Below, piece after piece: positions 34,928-44,361 of a DNA stretch of 62,804 nt; positions within the stretch are counted from its first letter, which is position 1; every line of letters starts with the position of its first letter. The translations under genes were made by a program, and so were the position numbers. This stretch comes from an uncultured Klebsiella sp. (GTDB taxonomy: Bacteria; Planctomycetota; Phycisphaerae; Phycisphaerales; SM1A02): contig CAYMSD010000007.1 in NCBI GenBank assembly GCA_964393015.1, positions 1 through 62,804 on the forward strand, given 5' to 3'. The notes under the pieces are model-generated. The model had not been told where the DNA came from, searched no databases, and worked only from the letters and a program-made list of their open reading frames with translations.

Positions 34928-37879
34928 ATGGCCACGCCCGAGAAGTCGATTCGCGTCCGAGGTGCGCGCGAGCACAACCTCAAGAACCTCTCGGTCGAGA
35001 TCCCGCGCGACAAGCTCGTGGTGATCACAGGCGTGTCCGGCTCGGGAAAGAGCTCGCTCGCGTTCGACACCATCTTCGCCGAGGGCCAGCGCAAGTACAT
35101 GGAGTCGCTCTCCGCGTACGCGCGCCAGTTCCTCGACCAGATGCAGAAGCCGAACGTCGAGGCGATCGAGGGCCTGCCGCCCACGATCGCGATCGAGCAG
35201 CGCTCGGGCGGCCACAGCCCGCGCTCGATCGTGGCGACCACGACCGAGATCTGGGACTACCTTCGTCTCCTCTACGCGCGCTGCGGCACGCCCACCTGCT
35301 GGCATGCCGAGGAGACCGGCAAGGGCAGGTCGAAGGCCGTCCGCGTGTGCGGCAAGGAGATCACCGCATCGAACCCGAGCCAGATCGTCGAGACGCTGGT
35401 GACGAAGTTCGCGGGCAGGCGCGCCATGCTGTGCGCCCCCGTGGTGCGCGCGAAGAAGGGCTTCCACCGCGAGGTGCTCGAGGGGCTCCAGAAGCAAGGC
35501 CTCGTGCGCGCGCGCGCGAACGGCACCGTCGTCGACCTGCGCGAGGTGCTCAAGAACGGCGGCGAGAATCCGCTCGGGTTCGGCCGCTACGAGATGAACG
35601 ACATCGACGCGGTCGTCGACCGCATCGTGCTCGAGGAGTCCGCGCGGCAACGGATCGCGGAGAGCGTCGAGACGGCGCTGAAGCTCGCGGAAGGTTCGCT
35701 CGTGGTGCTGGTCGAGGATCCGGCGGGCAAGGATGCCTCGGGCAAGGATGCCTCGGGCAAGGAGCCCGGCGCGAAGGATGGCTGGGTCGAGCACCGCTTC
35801 AGCGAGAAGTTCGCGTGCCCCGACCACCCCGAGTGCGCGCTCGACGAGCTCGAGCCGCGCCTCTTCAGCTTCAACTCGCCGCAGGGCGCGTGCCCGGCCT
35901 GCGCGGGCCTCGGCACCGTGAACGAGTTCGACGAGGCGCTGTGCGTGCCCGACATGACGAAGCCGCTGCGCGAGGCGATCCAGCCGTGGCGGCGCAACGG
36001 GCGGCGCATGAACATCTACTACGCGCGCGCGCTGCGCAGCTTCGCGGCGCTTGCGAAGGTCGACCTCGACACGCCGTACGCGGATCTTCCCGCGAAGACG
36101 CGCACCGCGCTGATGTGGGGTTCGGAAGCCGAGGGCGTGAAGCTCGCGTTCGAATGGGAAGGCGTGCTGCCGCACCTGAAGCGCCGCGCCACGGAGACCG
36201 AGAGCGAGAACGTGAAGGAGCGCCTCATGGCCTACATGAGCCAGGCGCCCTGCCCCTCGTGCAAGGGTCGGCGACTGCGCACCGAGGCGCTCGCGGTCAA
36301 GTTGAGGAGCGGCACGCTCGCGCTGTCGATCAGCGACGTCGCCGCGATGACCGTGTCGCGCGCGCTCGCGTTCGCGCAGTCGATCGAGCTTTCGAGGGAA
36401 TCGCGGCAGATCGCGGCGCCGATCCTCAAGGAGGTCGAGTCGCGCCTCGGGTTCCTCGCGTCGGTCGGGCTCGACTACCTTTCGCTCGACCGCACGAGCT
36501 CGACGCTCTCGGGCGGCGAGGCGCAGCGCATCCGCCTCGCCACGCAGATCGGCAGCGGCCTCGTCGGCGTCTGCTACGTGCTCGACGAACCGACGATCGG
36601 ACTCCACCAGCGCGACAACGACCGCCTGATCGCGACGCTGCGGCGGCTGTCGGACATCGGCAACACCGTCCTGGTCGTCGAGCACGACGAGGACATGATG
36701 CGCGCGGCCGACTGGATCGTGGACATCGGCCCGGGCCCGGGCCGGCATGGCGGCACGCTCGTCGCGGAGGGCGACCTCGCGCAGATCGCGGCGCACCCCA
36801 CGAGCCTCACCGGCGAGTATCTCTCGGGACGCCGCAAGGTCGAGGTGCCGAAGAAGCGACGCCCGATGAGCGAGTCGAACGCCATCGTCGTGAAGGGCGC
36901 GGCCGCCAACAACCTTCGCGGCATCGATGTCGCGTTCCCGCTCGGCGGGCTCGTGTGCGTGACGGGCGTGTCGGGCTCCGGGAAGTCGACGCTCGTGAAT
37001 GACATCCTGCTCGCGGCCGCGCGCAAGCATGTGCTCGGCGAGAACACCGCCCCCGCCGCCCACGGCCGCGTCACGGGCTTCGGCAAGATCGCGCGCGTGG
37101 TCGAGGTCGATCAATCGCCGATCGGCCGCACGCCGCGGTCGAACCCCGCGACCTACACGGGGATCTTCGACGAGATCCGCCGCATCTGGTCGCTTGTCCC
37201 GGAGTCGAAGATCCGCGGCTACGAACCCGGCCGCTTCTCGTTCAATGTGAAGGGCGGCCGCTGCGAGGCGTGCCAAGGCCAAGGCGTCAAGCGCATCGAG
37301 ATGCACTTCCTGCCCGATGTCTTCGTCGACTGCGAGGTCTGCAAGGGCAAGCGCTACTCGCGCGAGACGCTCGAGATCAAGTACCGCGGGCGGACGATCG
37401 CCGATGTGCTCGACGCGACCGTCGAGGACGCGCTCACCTTCTTCGACGCCCACCCGAAGATCAACCGCATGCTCGAATGCCTGCGCGATGTCGGCCTCGG
37501 ATACATCCAGCTCGGGCAGGCGTCGACGACGCTCTCGGGCGGCGAGGCCCAGCGCGTGAAGCTCGCGACCGAGCTCGGCACCGCCACCGACGCGCCGACC
37601 CTCTATGTGCTCGACGAGCCGACGACGGGACTGCACTTCGCCGATGTCGCGCGCCTCCTCACGGTGCTCGACCGCCTCGCGGACAAGGGGCACACGCTCG
37701 TCGTCATCGAGCACAACCTCGATGTGGTCAAGTGCGCCGACTGGATCGTCGACCTCGGGCCCGAGGGCGGCGACCGCGGCGGCACGGTGGTCGCGCGCGG
37801 CACGCCCGAGGATGTGGCGCGCGACAAGGCGAGCTGGACGGGAAAGTGGCTGAAGCCGCTGCTGCGCGCGAAGCGTTGA
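34928..37879 (+). CDS. uvrA: Excinuclease ABC subunit A
   Basis: [50 protein letters not shown] is present. Zinc-finger Cys pairs and a second ATPase module ([25 protein letters not shown]) are also present. Confidence 0.97.
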   Translation: MATPEKSIRVRGAREHNLKNLSVEIPRDKLVVITGVSGSGKSSLAFDTIFAEGQRKYMESLSAYARQFLDQMQKPNVEAIEGLPPTIAIEQRSGGHSPRSIVATTTEIWDYLRLLYARCGTPTCWHAEETGKGRSKAVRVCGKEITASNPSQIVETLVTKFAGRRAMLCAPVVRAKKGFHREVLEGLQKQGLVRARANGTVVDLREVLKNGGENPLGFGRYEMNDIDAVVDRIVLEESARQRIAESVETALKLAEGSLVVLVEDPAGKDASGKDASGKEPGAKDGWVEHRFSEKFACPDHPECALDELEPRLFSFNSPQGACPACAGLGTVNEFDEALCVPDMTKPLREAIQPWRRNGRRMNIYYARALRSFAALAKVDLDTPYADLPAKTRTALMWGSEAEGVKLAFEWEGVLPHLKRRATETESENVKERLMAYMSQAPCPSCKGRRLRTEALAVKLRSGTLALSISDVAAMTVSRALAFAQSIELSRESRQIAAPILKEVESRLGFLASVGLDYLSLDRTSSTLSGGEAQRIRLATQIGSGLVGVCYVLDEPTIGLHQRDNDRLIATLRRLSDIGNTVLVVEHDEDMMRAADWIVDIGPGPGRHGGTLVAEGDLAQIAAHPTSLTGEYLSGRRKVEVPKKRRPMSESNAIVVKGAAANNLRGIDVAFPLGGLVCVTGVSGSGKSTLVNDILLAAARKHVLGENTAPAAHGRVTGFGKIARVVEVDQSPIGRTPRSNPATYTGIFDEIRRIWSLVPESKIRGYEPGRFSFNVKGGRCEACQGQGVKRIEMHFLPDVFVDCEVCKGKRYSRETLEIKYRGRTIADVLDATVEDALTFFDAHPKINRMLECLRDVGLGYIQLGQASTTLSGGEAQRVKLATELGTATDAPTLYVLDEPTTGLHFADVARLLTVLDRLADKGHTLVVIEHNLDVVKCADWIVDLGPEGGDRGGTVVARGTPEDVARDKASWTGKWLKPLLRAKR
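35726..35770. repeat. 15-bp in-frame tandem repeat inside uvrA (2 full copies plus 1 diverged)
   Basis: ggcaaggatgcctcg occurs twice, followed by ggcaaggagcccggc. The repeat encodes [15 protein letters not shown]. Confidence 0.85.
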
Positions 37880-37888
37880 AGACAAAAC

Positions 37889-37921
37889 CGCGCGGACGGC
37901 GGGAGCACCGCCGTCCGCGCG
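37889..37921 (-). terminator. 14-bp GC hairpin between convergent uvrA and the wHTH regulator gene
   Basis: cgcgcggacggcgg-gagca-ccgccgtccgcgcg. On the minus strand it is followed by GGTTTTGTCTTC. There is no T-run on the plus strand. Confidence 0.55.
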
Positions 37922-37981
37922 AGGATTGGTTCACGAATCGCAGGGCGAGATGGGCCCGCAGGTCGGGGCCCCGCCTTGTCC

Positions 37982-38608
37982 TTACTTGCCGACCTTCGGG
38001 CGGATGTCCGGGCCGGGCATGACATGGCCGTCCACGGGCGCGAAGATGACGCCGAGGTGGAAGTTCGCCGCAGGCGCCTTGCGCGAGTTGTTGGCGCGCG
38101 TGCGGGCGCGGCGGACGATGTCCTCGAGCTCGCTGCACAGACCGCGGATGCGCGCGACCTCGTCCTCCGTGAAGTTCTCCCAGTGCAGCGAGACGCGCCG
38201 CGCCGAGATGCCGCCGCCCGAACGCATGTCGAGGGCCGTCGCGCGCGACTCGTTGAGCCACGGGCGGTAGAGGTCCGCGACCTTCTGCGCGTCGCGCTTC
38301 GAGTCGTTGTCGACGGGGAAGGCGAGTTCGTTGATGGCGGCGCGGTAGTAGCGCGGACGCTTGCCGCGGCGGCCGGGGGTCGCCTCGCCCGCGCGGGAGA
38401 TCAGGAGACCTGCCTTCTCGAGCTGGCGAAGGTGGAAGTACAGGGCGGTTCGGTTGAGGCCGACCGCCTGCGCGAGTTCCGTCACCGAGGTCTCGCCGAG
38501 TCGGCGGGCGGTCTCGAAGATGCGGAGACGAAGCGGAAGGCGCACGGCCTGCCACATGGGAGCGCGGGAAATCTGCATGTTCGGAGTCTCTGTCGTTGAT
38601 TCGGGCAT
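37982..38608 (-). CDS. ArsR/winged-helix-type transcriptional regulator with an extra C-terminal domain
   Basis: The HTH segment is RLRIFETARRLGETSVTELAQAVGLNRTALYFHLRQLEKAGLL. Confidence 0.7.
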   Translation of the reverse strand: MPESTTETPNMQISRAPMWQAVRLPLRLRIFETARRLGETSVTELAQAVGLNRTALYFHLRQLEKAGLLISRAGEATPGRRGKRPRYYRAAINELAFPVDNDSKRDAQKVADLYRPWLNESRATALDMRSGGGISARRVSLHWENFTEDEVARIRGLCSELEDIVRRARTRANNSRKAPAANFHLGVIFAPVDGHVMPGPDIRPKVGK

Positions 38609-39171
38609 GGCGTCGTTGATTCCTGCAGCGTGCGCCGATCGGACGCACGCCTCTGAAAAGTCTCAACCGGTACGACCGTCCGGACGTGGCGCCGTGCTCT
38701 GCGGGGCCGAAGGCCTCCGATCCCTCGTGTCGAACGCATCGGGCCGAATCCCGCTGCGGAGACCACGGAGAATCCAACTGCAGGATCCTCCGCGGGGAGG
38801 GGTGAGGATGGAGCCAGAGGCTCATCCTCGACGACCTGACATGCGTCGGGCCGGAGCAACTTGCGCCGAAGTCCGAGCACCGCGCGGCGCGCGGCGTTCC
38901 TTCCTCGGTCGGTGGTGCGCCGCGCGCGGGACTCCCGCACACGAGTGACGGGCAGTCTGCGGGGCGGAGCACACCAACTCTCTTCCAGAATGCGCAAGCA
39001 TTCCGCAAATGCGCGTCGTTGTCAAGCCGCAGGAAGGTCGCCACCCAACTTCATGCGATTTCTCGCGAATGTTCGCAGGGAATTCACCCCGTGAATATTC
39101 AGGCGCGGCCATGCCTCGCCGTGCAACGCCTTGGGCCACGCGCGGTACGGTGCCGCCGCTACGATCCCGTC

Positions 39172-39591
39172 ATGTCCGAGTTCCCCCCCGTCGACGAGCC
39201 GCATCTCGCGCTGCGCGTCCTGATGATGCCGCGCGACACGAACCACCAGGGCACGATCTTCGGCGGCATCATCCTGTCTCATGTCGACCAGGCGGGCTAC
39301 ATCGAGGCGCGGCGGCATGGCCTCCACCGGTGGGTGACGGCGTCGATCGACAGGGTCGACTTCAAGGCGCCCGTGTCGATCGGCGAGGTGGTCGAGTTCC
39401 GCTGCCGCACGATTCGGCTCGGGAGGACCTCCGTGACAGTGCAGGTCGTCGTCGATTCGGAGCGCCTCGACGGAACATGGGCCCGCGTCACGGAAGCGCA
39501 GCTCACGATGGTCTCAGTGGACGCGGAGGGGCGCTCGATGCCCTTCCGCAACGCGCCGCAGCCGCCGAATGCGCTCGGCGAACATCCGTAG
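39172..39591 (+). CDS. Hotdog-fold acyl-CoA thioesterase (YciA-like)
   Basis: LRVLMMPRDTNHQGTIFGGIILSHVDQAG...ASIDRVDFKAPV are the signature segments. Confidence 0.85.
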   Translation: MSEFPPVDEPHLALRVLMMPRDTNHQGTIFGGIILSHVDQAGYIEARRHGLHRWVTASIDRVDFKAPVSIGEVVEFRCRTIRLGRTSVTVQVVVDSERLDGTWARVTEAQLTMVSVDAEGRSMPFRNAPQPPNALGEHP

Positions 39592-39658
39592 AATCCGAAA
39601 GCCGCGCGCCGCGCACACCCGACCTTCCGACGACGAAGACCCCGGCCTCGAAGCCGCC

Positions 39659-40267
39659 ATGCACCGCCCACCCCGTCTCGGCATCCTCATCTCGGGCAGC
39701 GGCCGAAGCGCGCTGAACATCCATGACGCGTGCGAGCGCGGAGACCTCGACGCGAGGGTGGCGCTCGTGGTCGCGCACCGCGAGGAGGTCGAGGGCGTCG
39801 CAAGGTGCCGCGCGCGCGGGCTGCGCGTCGCAGTCGTGCCCTCGGGCCCTGACCTCGAGGACCGGCTCGACGCCTGCCTCGACGCGGGGTCGGTCGACCT
39901 CGTCTGCCTGGCGGGATACCTCCGCCGCTTCCGCGTGGGCGAGCGGTGGAAGGGACGCGCGCTGAACATCCATCCCTCGCTCCTGCCGAAGTTCGGAGGC
40001 GCCGGCATGTACGGGCTGCGGGTGCATGCCGCGGTCCTCGAGTCGGGCGACCCCGAGACGGGCTGCACGGTGCACTTCGCGGACGAGGAGTACGACCGCG
40101 GCGCCATCGTCGCGGCGCGCCGCTGCGCCGTCGAGGCTGGCGACACCCCCGAGACGCTCGCGGCGCGCGTCTTCCGCGAGGAGTGCGTCGCCTACCCCGA
40201 GGCGATCGCGTCCGTGCTCTCGCGCAGGTCGTCCGAGACGCGCGCCCGCGCGGAGGGCGTGCGATGA
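39659..40267 (+). CDS. purN: Phosphoribosylglycinamide formyltransferase
   Basis: LGILISGSGRSAL, LAGYLR, NIHPSLLPKFGG and GCTVHF are present. Confidence 0.9.
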   Translation: MHRPPRLGILISGSGRSALNIHDACERGDLDARVALVVAHREEVEGVARCRARGLRVAVVPSGPDLEDRLDACLDAGSVDLVCLAGYLRRFRVGERWKGRALNIHPSLLPKFGGAGMYGLRVHAAVLESGDPETGCTVHFADEEYDRGAIVAARRCAVEAGDTPETLAARVFREECVAYPEAIASVLSRRSSETRARAEGVR

Positions 40268-41748
40268 GCGATCCCGCTCTGCGTCGCCTCGCCTTCGTCG
40301 CGCTGTCGTTCGCCATCGTCACGACCGCCGCGCCCGAGGCGCTCGCCTCGCCCCGATCGGCGCGCGCCGCGACGCAGGATGGCGCACCGCGCAGCCCGAC
40401 GCAGCGCGAGATCGACGACGCGCTGCGCGCGCGGGACTTCACGCGGGCCGAGCCCCTGATCGCGGCGCGCATCGCCTCGGTCGAGCCCGACCCGATCCTC
40501 CTCTACAACCACGCCTGCGTGCTCGCGCAGCTCGGCCGGCTCGAGGAAGCGGAGGCGCGGCTCCTCGAATCGGTCGAGGCCGGGTTCGCCGCATTCGACA
40601 TCATGCGCGAGGATGCGGACCTCGCGCCGATCCGCGACGGTCGCGTCTACAAGGCGATCCTCGAAGCCCATCGGCGCGTCGAGCGGGCGCAGCCGGAGCG
40701 GCCCGCGCGAAGGCCTGCGCGCGATCCGCTCGCCGCATGGCAAACCGCCCACGGCGACCGCTACCGCTACGAGCGCGACGAGGCCCGCGGCCTCCTCTTC
40801 GCCACCTTCCTCGACGAGCGGGCCCACGCGCGGATGCGCGAGGATCTCGCGGCGCTCGAGGCGCACCTCCTCAAGTCCTACTTCACGAGCCCGCCCGAGC
40901 GCCCCGCGCTCGTGGCGATCGTGCGGCCCGAGGACGCGTCGCGCTACCTCGAGCGGCCCGAGGTCAAGGGCATGTACCTCCACTCCGAGCGGCGGCTCGT
41001 GGCGCGGGACACCGGGCAGAGCCTTCAGCACGAGTTCGTGCACCTCCTCCACTTCGCCGACATGGAGCGGCGCGGCCAGCGCCATCCGATCTGGATCCAG
41101 GAGGGTCTCGCGAGCCTCTACGAGGACTACACGCTTCGTGCGGACGGCTCGATCGAGTTCCACCCGAACATCCGCTTCAACATCGCGCGGCGCCAGGTCT
41201 CCTCGAACACGGCGCGGCCGTGGAAGGACCTCTTCGGCTACTCGGGCGAGCGGTTCATGGCGGGCGCGGAGCGGCACTACCCGCAGGTGCGGGCGATCTT
41301 CGAGTTCTTCGCCCGCGAGGGAAAGCTCGAGGAGTTCTATCGCGCGCTGCTCGAGACCTCGCGGGAGGACCCGAGCGGGGTGCGCGCGGTCGAGCGCACC
41401 TTCGGCGAACCGCTCGCGCGCGTCGAGGCGCGCTGGCGGAAGTGGATGCTCGATCGCGGCGCGATCGACGACACGGTCTCGCGCGGGGATCCCTCGCTCG
41501 GCCTCTCGGTCGAGGACGCCGTCGACGGCGCGCGGATCCGCAGCTTCGTCCCAGGGTCGGCCGCGCGCGCGGCGGGGCTTCGCGTCGGCGATGTGATCCT
41601 GTCCGTCGCGGGCCGGCCCGTGCGCAACCGCGACGAGCTGATGATGGCGGTCGCGGGCCTCAAGCATGGCGAGTCCGTCGAGGTCCGCTACCGCCGCGAT
41701 GCGAACGAACTCGCGGCGATGGTGAGGCCGAGGCCGCTCGGGCAGTAG
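40264..41748 (+). CDS. Secreted putative gluzincin-type metallopeptidase with an N-terminal TPR-like region and a C-terminal PDZ domain
   Basis: It has a signal peptide and HEFVH (HExxH) followed by WIQEGLASLYE. The PDZ-like C-terminus reads GLRVGDVILSVAGRPV. The ATG overlaps the purN stop (ATGA). Confidence 0.7.
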   Translation: MSDPALRRLAFVALSFAIVTTAAPEALASPRSARAATQDGAPRSPTQREIDDALRARDFTRAEPLIAARIASVEPDPILLYNHACVLAQLGRLEEAEARLLESVEAGFAAFDIMREDADLAPIRDGRVYKAILEAHRRVERAQPERPARRPARDPLAAWQTAHGDRYRYERDEARGLLFATFLDERAHARMREDLAALEAHLLKSYFTSPPERPALVAIVRPEDASRYLERPEVKGMYLHSERRLVARDTGQSLQHEFVHLLHFADMERRGQRHPIWIQEGLASLYEDYTLRADGSIEFHPNIRFNIARRQVSSNTARPWKDLFGYSGERFMAGAERHYPQVRAIFEFFAREGKLEEFYRALLETSREDPSGVRAVERTFGEPLARVEARWRKWMLDRGAIDDTVSRGDPSLGLSVEDAVDGARIRSFVPGSAARAAGLRVGDVILSVAGRPVRNRDELMMAVAGLKHGESVEVRYRRDANELAAMVRPRPLGQ

Positions 41749-41931
41749 GCGACCGCGGAGTCCCGCCCGGCCAAATCGACATCTCGGTGAAGTTCCCTTC
41801 GCGCGCAGCGACCTCCCCCGCTACCTTGTGCCTGTGGGCGCGGCCTCTCCGACCGAGGTCGGCGCAGCGCCCGCACGACAACCGTGCGCCGTGCGGCCGA
41901 CCGCGGCGCGACCCCGAGCGAAAGGCACTCC

Positions 41932-42234
41932 ATGCAGATCAACGTCACCGGCAAGCACCTCGAGATCACGGAAGCGATCGATTCGTATGTGCGCAAGAAG
42001 AGCGAGCGGCTCGTGCGGTACTTCGACCAGGTGCAGTCGATCGACTGCGTGATCGAGAAGGAGCCCAATGCGTTCCATGTCGAGTTCATCGTCGACGTGG
42101 CGCATCACGAGGACTTCATCGTGAACTACCGCGACGCGGACCTCTACGCCGCGATCGACCTCGCCATCGACCGCGAGGCCCGGCAGATCATCGACCACAA
42201 GAACCAGCTGCGGAACCACAAGCACCACCGCTGA
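41932..42234 (+). CDS. hpf: Ribosome hibernation promoting factor (short HPF/RaiA)
   Basis: MQINVTGKHLEITEAIDSYVRKK...DLYAAIDLAIDR is present. The gene lies immediately upstream of ptsN. Confidence 0.85.
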   Translation: MQINVTGKHLEITEAIDSYVRKKSERLVRYFDQVQSIDCVIEKEPNAFHVEFIVDVAHHEDFIVNYRDADLYAAIDLAIDREARQIIDHKNQLRNHKHHR

Positions 42235-42339
42235 CGCCGCTCTCCCCCGCGGCTTTCGCCTATGCTGCGCCCGCACAGGGCGCGCGCCCGTTGTTCGTCC
42301 GTCCGTGCCGCCGACAGTCCCCCCTGCCGTGACCCACCC

Positions 42340-42816
42340 ATGAAGCTGCGAGACATCGTCGTCGAGAAGGCAATCGTCCCGAACATGGTCGCGCTCAAGC
42401 GCGACGACGCCATCCGTGAGCTGCTCGACGCGATGGTCGCGAGCGGCAAGGTCAGCGCGGAGAACCGCGATGTGTTCGCGAAGGCGATCATCGCGCGCGA
42501 GAACAAGGGCTCGACCGGCCTCAACCACGGCGTCGCCATCCCGCACACGAAGTCGCCGTCGATCTCCTCGCCGATCGCGGCGATCGGCGTGAGCCGAGCG
42601 GGAATCGACTTCAACGCGCTCGACAAGCAGCCCGTCTACTCGATCGTGCTCATGCTGTCGCCGGAGGCGAGGCCCGAGCTTCACCTCGAGGCGATCCAGG
42701 CGGTCTTCTCGCATCTCTCCAAGGACCAGTTCCGTCGGTTCCTTCGACAGGCGACGAGCGTGAAGGATGTCGTCACGCTGCTCGACGAAGCCGATGCGGG
42801 GCAGGTCGCCCGCTGA
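42340..42816 (+). CDS. ptsN: PTS IIA-Ntr-type regulatory protein
   Basis: The active-site context is GVAIPH (NHGVAIPHTK). The size is EIIA-fructose/Ntr-like and the gene follows hpf. Confidence 0.85.
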   Translation: MKLRDIVVEKAIVPNMVALKRDDAIRELLDAMVASGKVSAENRDVFAKAIIARENKGSTGLNHGVAIPHTKSPSISSPIAAIGVSRAGIDFNALDKQPVYSIVLMLSPEARPELHLEAIQAVFSHLSKDQFRRFLRQATSVKDVVTLLDEADAGQVAR

Positions 42817-43097
42817 TGCCGATGCTTTCGGCAGAGACCACCATCGTCAACCGGCTCGGGCTGCACGCACGGCCCGCGATGGCCTTCGTGGAGGAGGCGT
42901 CGCGGTTCGCGGCCGCCATCAGCGTGCGCAAGAAGGGCGACGGCGAGACCGTCGACGGGAAGTCGATCCTGCAGATGCTGATGCTCGCGGGAACCTGCGG
43001 CACGGTGATCGAGATCACGGCCGACGGCGCAGACGAGCGGACGGCGCTCGACGCGCTGCTCGCGCTCGTCGCAGGGAAGTTCGGCGAGGACGAGTAG
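42816..43097 (+). CDS. HPr/NPr phosphocarrier protein
   Basis: GLHARPA (His-15 context) and GKSILQMLML (Ser-46 context) are present. The start overlaps the ptsN stop (TGATG). Confidence 0.85.
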   Translation: MPMLSAETTIVNRLGLHARPAMAFVEEASRFAAAISVRKKGDGETVDGKSILQMLMLAGTCGTVIEITADGADERTALDALLALVAGKFGEDE

Positions 43098-43125
43098 GGC
43101 CGCGTCTCGCGCGTGCGCGACCCCG

Positions 43126-44172
43126 TCAGACGGAGCCCAGTCGTTCCGTCGCGGCGACGCGCCGCATCAGCTGCGACAGCGCCTCGCGCGGCGCGAGCCC
43201 GTGGTAGACCATCGCCTCGACGGTCTCGCAGATCGGCAGCTCGATCCCGCGCTCGCGGGCGATGCGGACGAGCGAGCGCGCGGTGGGCACGCCCTCGACC
43301 ACCGATGCGGTCGCGGACAGCGCCTCCTCCACGCCGACGCCGCGGGCGAGACGCTCGCCGAAGCTGCGGTTGCGCCCCTCGGGTGCGAAGCAGGTCGTGG
43401 CGAGGTCGCCGAGCCCCGCGACGCCGAAGAAGGTCTCGAAGCGCCCGCCGAGCGCGACGCCGATGCGCGCGATCTCCGCGAGCCCGCGTGCGAGAAGCGC
43501 GCTCTTCGCGTTGACGCCGAGACCCATGCCGTCGGCCACGCCCGCGGCGACCGCGATGACGTTCTTGCACGCACCCGCAAGCTCGACGCCGACGAGGTCG
43601 GCCGACTGGTAGATGCGCATCCACTCGCAGGTGAACGCGGCCGCCACGCGCGCGCGCAGCGCCTCGTCGGGCGAGGCCGCGACGAGCACCGCGGGAAGCC
43701 GCCGCGCAAGCTCGGCCGCGATCGTCGGGCCGCTCAGGGCGGCGATCGGCGTCGCCTCGCCGAGCACCTCCGCGAGGACGTCGCAGGGCAGCCGGAAGCT
43801 GTCGACCTCGATCCCCTTCGCGATCGACACCACGGGTGCGCCCGCAGGAACGCCGTGCGCAAGGCGCGTGAAGGTCGCGCGGATGAACTGGGTGGGGATG
43901 GCGCAGACCACGAGCGTGGCGTTGCCGAGTTCCGCGGCGTCCGCGGTCACAGCCACGGCGTCGGGAAGCCTGAAGCCGGGGAGCCGGCGGCTCTCGCGCG
44001 TCGCGGCGAGGGCGCGCGCCTCGTCCGCGAATGGCGACCAGATCGTCGTCGGCAGACCGTTTGCGACAAGGGCGTCCGCGAGGACGAGGGCCATCTGGCC
44101 GTCCCCGACGATGGCGACGCGCTCGCATGGGGCATTCGTCGGCTGCCCGAGATGGTCCGCATCTGCCTGCAC
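43126..44172 (-). CDS. gpsA: NAD(P)H-dependent glycerol-3-phosphate dehydrogenase
   Basis: VAIVGDGQMALVLA, LSGPTIAAELA, GACKNVIAVAAG and GLGDL are present. The start (GTG 44172) is uncertain. Confidence 0.88.
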   Translation of the reverse strand: MQADADHLGQPTNAPCERVAIVGDGQMALVLADALVANGLPTTIWSPFADEARALAATRESRRLPGFRLPDAVAVTADAAELGNATLVVCAIPTQFIRATFTRLAHGVPAGAPVVSIAKGIEVDSFRLPCDVLAEVLGEATPIAALSGPTIAAELARRLPAVLVAASPDEALRARVAAAFTCEWMRIYQSADLVGVELAGACKNVIAVAAGVADGMGLGVNAKSALLARGLAEIARIGVALGGRFETFFGVAGLGDLATTCFAPEGRNRSFGERLARGVGVEEALSATASVVEGVPTARSLVRIARERGIELPICETVEAMVYHGLAPREALSQLMRRVAATERLGSV

Positions 44173-44361
44173 GGGGCGGAGGATAGCCGCTCGAGGCGCA
44201 GGGCTGCCCGGGATCCGACCTCCAACCCGGGCGAACCGCGGCCGCCTCCGCTGCGAACCACCCTCGCCTGCACGCGTCCCCGACGCATTGCGGCGGGCTC
44301 TGCTACGCTTGCAGGTCATCTCTTGACGCGCGCCCGACTTGCGGCGCACGGAGGCTCGGAC

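Noticed and set aside
38609-39171. A possible RNase P RNA, SRP RNA or tmRNA gene in the long gap.
   Set aside because: I searched by eye on both strands for GAGGAAAGUCCGGGC-type, ACAGAACCCGGCUUA-type, GGAAGGAAGCAGC-type and tmRNA T-arm/tag-like motifs. I found only weak partial resemblances (gaagtccgagc, gaggaaggaacg) with no supporting helices.
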